The notes below the pieces were generated by a model. It searched no databases. It was not told where the DNA came from and was given only the letters and a program-made list of their open reading frames with translations. Of a stretch of 64,000 bases of DNA, positions 60,868-64,000 are shown piece by piece; position 1 is the first letter of the stretch, and each line of letters opens with the position of its first letter. Both the position numbers and the translations under genes were made by a program. This stretch comes from a virus: the IMG/VR virus record IMGVR_UViG_3300036940_000389; one strand, 5' to 3'.

Positions 60868-61854
60868 TTATTCATTTAATTCTGAATGGATTTCATAAAG
60901 ACAACGAACAAGTTCATTTTTTCCATCAATATTGTAAAATGGTTGTTTGAGACAATCTAACACAATAAAAGCTTCTGAATTACCATTTAATAGCACTGAC
61001 GAAAAATAGCTTCTTATTGTTCTTCGCACTGTTTCTGGTTCTTCATCTATGCTTTTGATCAGAGAAGCGATTTCCTTCCAGTTCCTTTTGCTCATAATAG
61101 CTCGGCAGAGAGTTATCGACTGTTCTCTGCGCTCTGCTTCTTGCTTTGCGGATTCAAGCATTTCCTCTTCATCCAAGTGAATGATCTTTCCCAGTATTTT
61201 GAGAGCTTCACGAGGACGACCAAGAGAATCCCTTGCTATTTGCAATCCTACTTTTTTTGGAAGTTCTACTTCTTCCTTTTCTGCAATCTCAGTCACTAAG
61301 TTGAATAATTGTTTTTCAGATAGAGCTTGTACTTTGTACTGTGTGCATCTGCTTTTGATGGGATTGATTAGATTTTGCGGATCAGTAGTGCAGAGAAAGA
61401 AATAGCAGTGAGCAGGGGGTTCTTCGAGTGCTTTTAGCAATGCATTCTGGGCTTCATTTTTAGAGCTATCGCCACCACGTCCTAGCATGTGTACTTCGTC
61501 CATAATGAAGACACGCACTGGACCTTTCATGGGTTTCTTTCCCATGATTCTGCGAATTTCACGAACAGTATCTATTCCACGAAAATCTCCAGTATCGATT
61601 TCCTTCAAGTCAAAATCAGAGCATTTGAGTTGTTTTGCAAATATTCTTGCTAGTGTTGTTTTTCCGCACCCAGCATCACCATAAAATAGAACCTGACTTG
61701 GAATTGTGGAATTATTCAATACTTTTTTGAGTTGTGCATTCCCATGAAACTCATCAATACTTTTTGGTCTATATTTTCTGGCAAGATCAAATGTTTCTGG
61801 TTTTTCAATTTCTTTGGTAGCTTTGTCTGCTTTGTCATTTCTTTTTCTTGCCAT
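60868..61854 (-). CDS. dnaX: clamp loader AAA+ subunit (DnaX/RFC-like)
   Basis: RKYRP, GDAGCGKTT, IMDEVHML, NALLKALEEPP, IKSRC. Confidence 0.9.
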   Translation of the reverse strand: MARKRNDKADKATKEIEKPETFDLARKYRPKSIDEFHGNAQLKKVLNNSTIPSQVLFYGDAGCGKTTLARIFAKQLKCSDFDLKEIDTGDFRGIDTVREIRRIMGKKPMKGPVRVFIMDEVHMLGRGGDSSKNEAQNALLKALEEPPAHCYFFLCTTDPQNLINPIKSRCTQYKVQALSEKQLFNLVTEIAEKEEVELPKKVGLQIARDSLGRPREALKILGKIIHLDEEEMLESAKQEAERREQSITLCRAIMSKRNWKEIASLIKSIDEEPETVRRTIRSYFSSVLLNGNSEAFIVLDCLKQPFYNIDGKNELVRCLYEIHSELNE

Positions 61855-61864
61855 TATTTACTCC

Positions 61865-64000
61865 TTATTGAATGTAATGCAGAACTTTTTCCATCTCGAA
61901 CCAATTGCCCTCTAATGCAGACGCCTCAACTTCAATTTCCATAGGAACATTTATAAAAGTAAAATGCTCTTTTAAATCATGTACCATCGTTTCTTTGAGC
62001 AGTGATAAATAATCATCATATTCATCTTTTTTCACATCAGCAATTATTTCATCATGAACCTGAAAAATCAATTTTGAACGCATTTTTTCTTTTTTCATTT
62101 TCTTGTTCAATTCAATACAACTCCATAATAAGCAATGAAAGCAAGTGTTTTTATGCACAACACCATCAGCAACAAATTGGTGTAAAGAATTTTCAACAGA
62201 CATTGTGTATGTTGTTTCTTGATGATCCAAAATATCAATAGATATTATCTTGTCATATCTATATATTTCTGATTTTGGATTATATTTATCAATTAATCTT
62301 TCTCCTACATACTGTGAAATATCTTTGTTTGATTTTATCAGTCTTTTTTCTGTAATTGAGTCATTATCTCCTTGTTTTGTTTTTACATCATTTATGTTGA
62401 TAAGATTATGAATTGTTTGTGATGGTATTTTTCTTACTGGTTTTTTATTTTTATCTCTAAATGAAAAGGAAAGTTTCCATCCAGTTTTTGTAGACTTTAA
62501 AGCTGAGTCAAATCCTAAAGGACTTGCTAAAATTTGTATTTCTTGCAGCAAATTTTTGTTGCACATGTGAAGATTATTTTCTTGCCACTTTCCTGTGCTC
62601 CCATCACTTTTCCAAATTCCTTCTAAAAAATCTCTTTGGTTTTGAAAAGATTTTGTCCATATTGATTCTGGTATATTTTTTGTATGTGCTGTGCAGCCAA
62701 AAACCATTCCCTCATTTTTTAATGCGTATACAAAATTTTTATCTTCAATTCTTAAAGTATATTTTTGATCTTTTGTACTTCTTACTTTAAGCTTCTTATA
62801 TCCACCAAATCCTAAATGCGAGAGAAATCTTTGAATATTTTTTAGTATTCTTTTCTTTTTCTCACCAACAGTAATTGATACAAATTCAGCATAAGAATTT
62901 CCAGAACTTCTGAGATTTTTACATAAAGCTCCATCACCAATAATAAAACCAAGAATAAAATCCCAAGTCATTTTGTTAGAGGGAAGTATTACATCTGGTG
63001 TTCTAGGAAGAGCTATATAATCACCAATAGACAAATTCTTAAAATCAATCCATTGATGGTTCTCATTTTTTAGTTTGTGTCTAGTATCACATTTAATTAC
63101 TAATCCACTTTCCAAAGTTATATTTGCTCTTTGGCATTTGCCCCTATTTACTCCTGTTGCAAATGCCCAATTAAAGCCAGTCCATACTTTTACCTTTTTA
63201 TTCACTAATTTTTTTATTGGAATATGTCCTTTATCAGTTAATACTTTGGAATTTCCTTCTAAGCAGCCCTGAATGGGATAATTTATAGTTGCGTTTCTAT
63301 CTATCATTCCAGAACAAACGAATCCGCTTAAAATAGTCACATATCCATTTTTTAGATATGATTTGTATTGATTATTACGCCACTTCTTATAAACTGGAAA
63401 TCGATTTTCCCACATGTCCTTTTCAATATTTTGAACATGCTTTTCAAACTGTCTGTAATTTTTGATTCCATTTTTTATGAGATGCTTTCCAACTGTTTCT
63501 CCTGTTTTTAATATTTGTCCATGTTTTGGATTGATCTTATTCCCTTTCAATCCCATCCAATCCCATAGAGAAATAGCATTATTTCCATAATAGTCTCCAT
63601 AGAATTGGGGGAACGTGAATCCGTTCTTTGTTCCTTTGCGTAGTGTTTTTTCTCCGGGATAGCTCTCGTCAAGAGAATCAAGAATAAAGAGAAGACAGGC
63701 AAAATCTGAATGCATATCAGAAGATTCTGGATTTCTCATATATTCAAGCATTGTTGGATCTTCATGATAAAAACATGATCCCTTGACTTCGATTCCTCCA
63801 TAGTCCGCAGCAACAAGATAGCTATCTTTTCTAGGAATGAAGGCTTTTCTAATTATTTTTCCTATTTCAGGATCTCTTGTGGGCTGATTTTGTATGTTGG
63901 GATTCGAGGAACTTGAACGGAATGTACGTGCAGTATGCAGCATCATGTTTGGATGCAAATATCCATACTGTGTTTCTTTGAGAAGATTTTTTATGTATGT
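61865..64000 (-). CDS. polA: family A DNA polymerase, C-terminal part (5' truncated by window end), intein-containing
   Basis: HPN..RSSSSNPNIQN, motif A DYGGIEVK, motif B RKGTK..FYG, motif C QVHDEII; frame open to 64000. Confidence 0.92.
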   Translation of the reverse strand, partial: TYIKNLLKETQYGYLHPNMMLHTARTFRSSSSNPNIQNQPTRDPEIGKIIRKAFIPRKDSYLVAADYGGIEVKGSCFYHEDPTMLEYMRNPESSDMHSDFACLLFILDSLDESYPGEKTLRKGTKNGFTFPQFYGDYYGNNAISLWDWMGLKGNKINPKHGQILKTGETVGKHLIKNGIKNYRQFEKHVQNIEKDMWENRFPVYKKWRNNQYKSYLKNGYVTILSGFVCSGMIDRNATINYPIQGCLEGNSKVLTDKGHIPIKKLVNKKVKVWTGFNWAFATGVNRGKCQRANITLESGLVIKCDTRHKLKNENHQWIDFKNLSIGDYIALPRTPDVILPSNKMTWDFILGFIIGDGALCKNLRSSGNSYAEFVSITVGEKKKRILKNIQRFLSHLGFGGYKKLKVRSTKDQKYTLRIEDKNFVYALKNEGMVFGCTAHTKNIPESIWTKSFQNQRDFLEGIWKSDGSTGKWQENNLHMCNKNLLQEIQILASPLGFDSALKSTKTGWKLSFSFRDKNKKPVRKIPSQTIHNLININDVKTKQGDNDSITEKRLIKSNKDISQYVGERLIDKYNPKSEIYRYDKIISIDILDHQETTYTMSVENSLHQFVADGVVHKNTCFHCLLWSCIELNKKMKKEKMRSKLIFQVHDEIIADVKKDEYDDYLSLLKETMVHDLKEHFTFINVPMEIEVEASALEGNWFEMEKVLHYIQ
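62147..63265 (-). mobile_element. 373-aa intein with LAGLIDADG homing endonuclease
   Basis: YPIQG|CLEGNSKV...FVADGVVHKN|TCFH; ILGFIIGDG and FLEGIWKSDG motifs. Confidence 0.9.

Overview
This window is part of a lytic-looking, AT-rich (about 35% GC in sampled lines) tailed dsDNA phage (siphovirus). No integrase, repressor or CRISPR array is visible. There are three blocks. (1) 1-7491, minus strand: small early-type genes (J-domain protein, Cys-rich paralogues, hypotheticals) punctuated by at least seven related ~60-nt stem-loops that begin at or just after stop codons. A GC-rich, hairpin-dense non-coding ~1 kb region with micro-tandem repeats separates this block from the next. (2) 8490-42753, plus strand: TerS/TerL, portal, protease with a nested scaffold start, decoration protein, lambda-E-like major capsid, neck, tail tube, tail chaperones joined by a -1 slippery site, a 1647-aa tape measure, lambda M/L/K/I-J-like tail tip, tail-fibre/receptor-binding genes and a lysis cassette. 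(3) 42793-64000, minus strand: dUTPase, class II RNR, a QueC-like/thymidylate-synthase/two-glycosyltransferase cluster, split Rad50 with Mre11, endonuclease VII, two non-canonical tRNA-like genes, an Hc1-like protein, flap nuclease, RecA, gp32-like SSB, UvsY-like protein, DnaX-like clamp loader and a family A DNA polymerase with a LAGLIDADG intein that runs off the window end. The best candidates for undescribed biology are the covarying hairpin family in the early operon, the structured GC-rich intergenic region, the pair of anticodon-defective tRNA-like RNAs and the QueC-like/TS/GT cluster. All product calls come from motif recognition and synteny; no database search was run.
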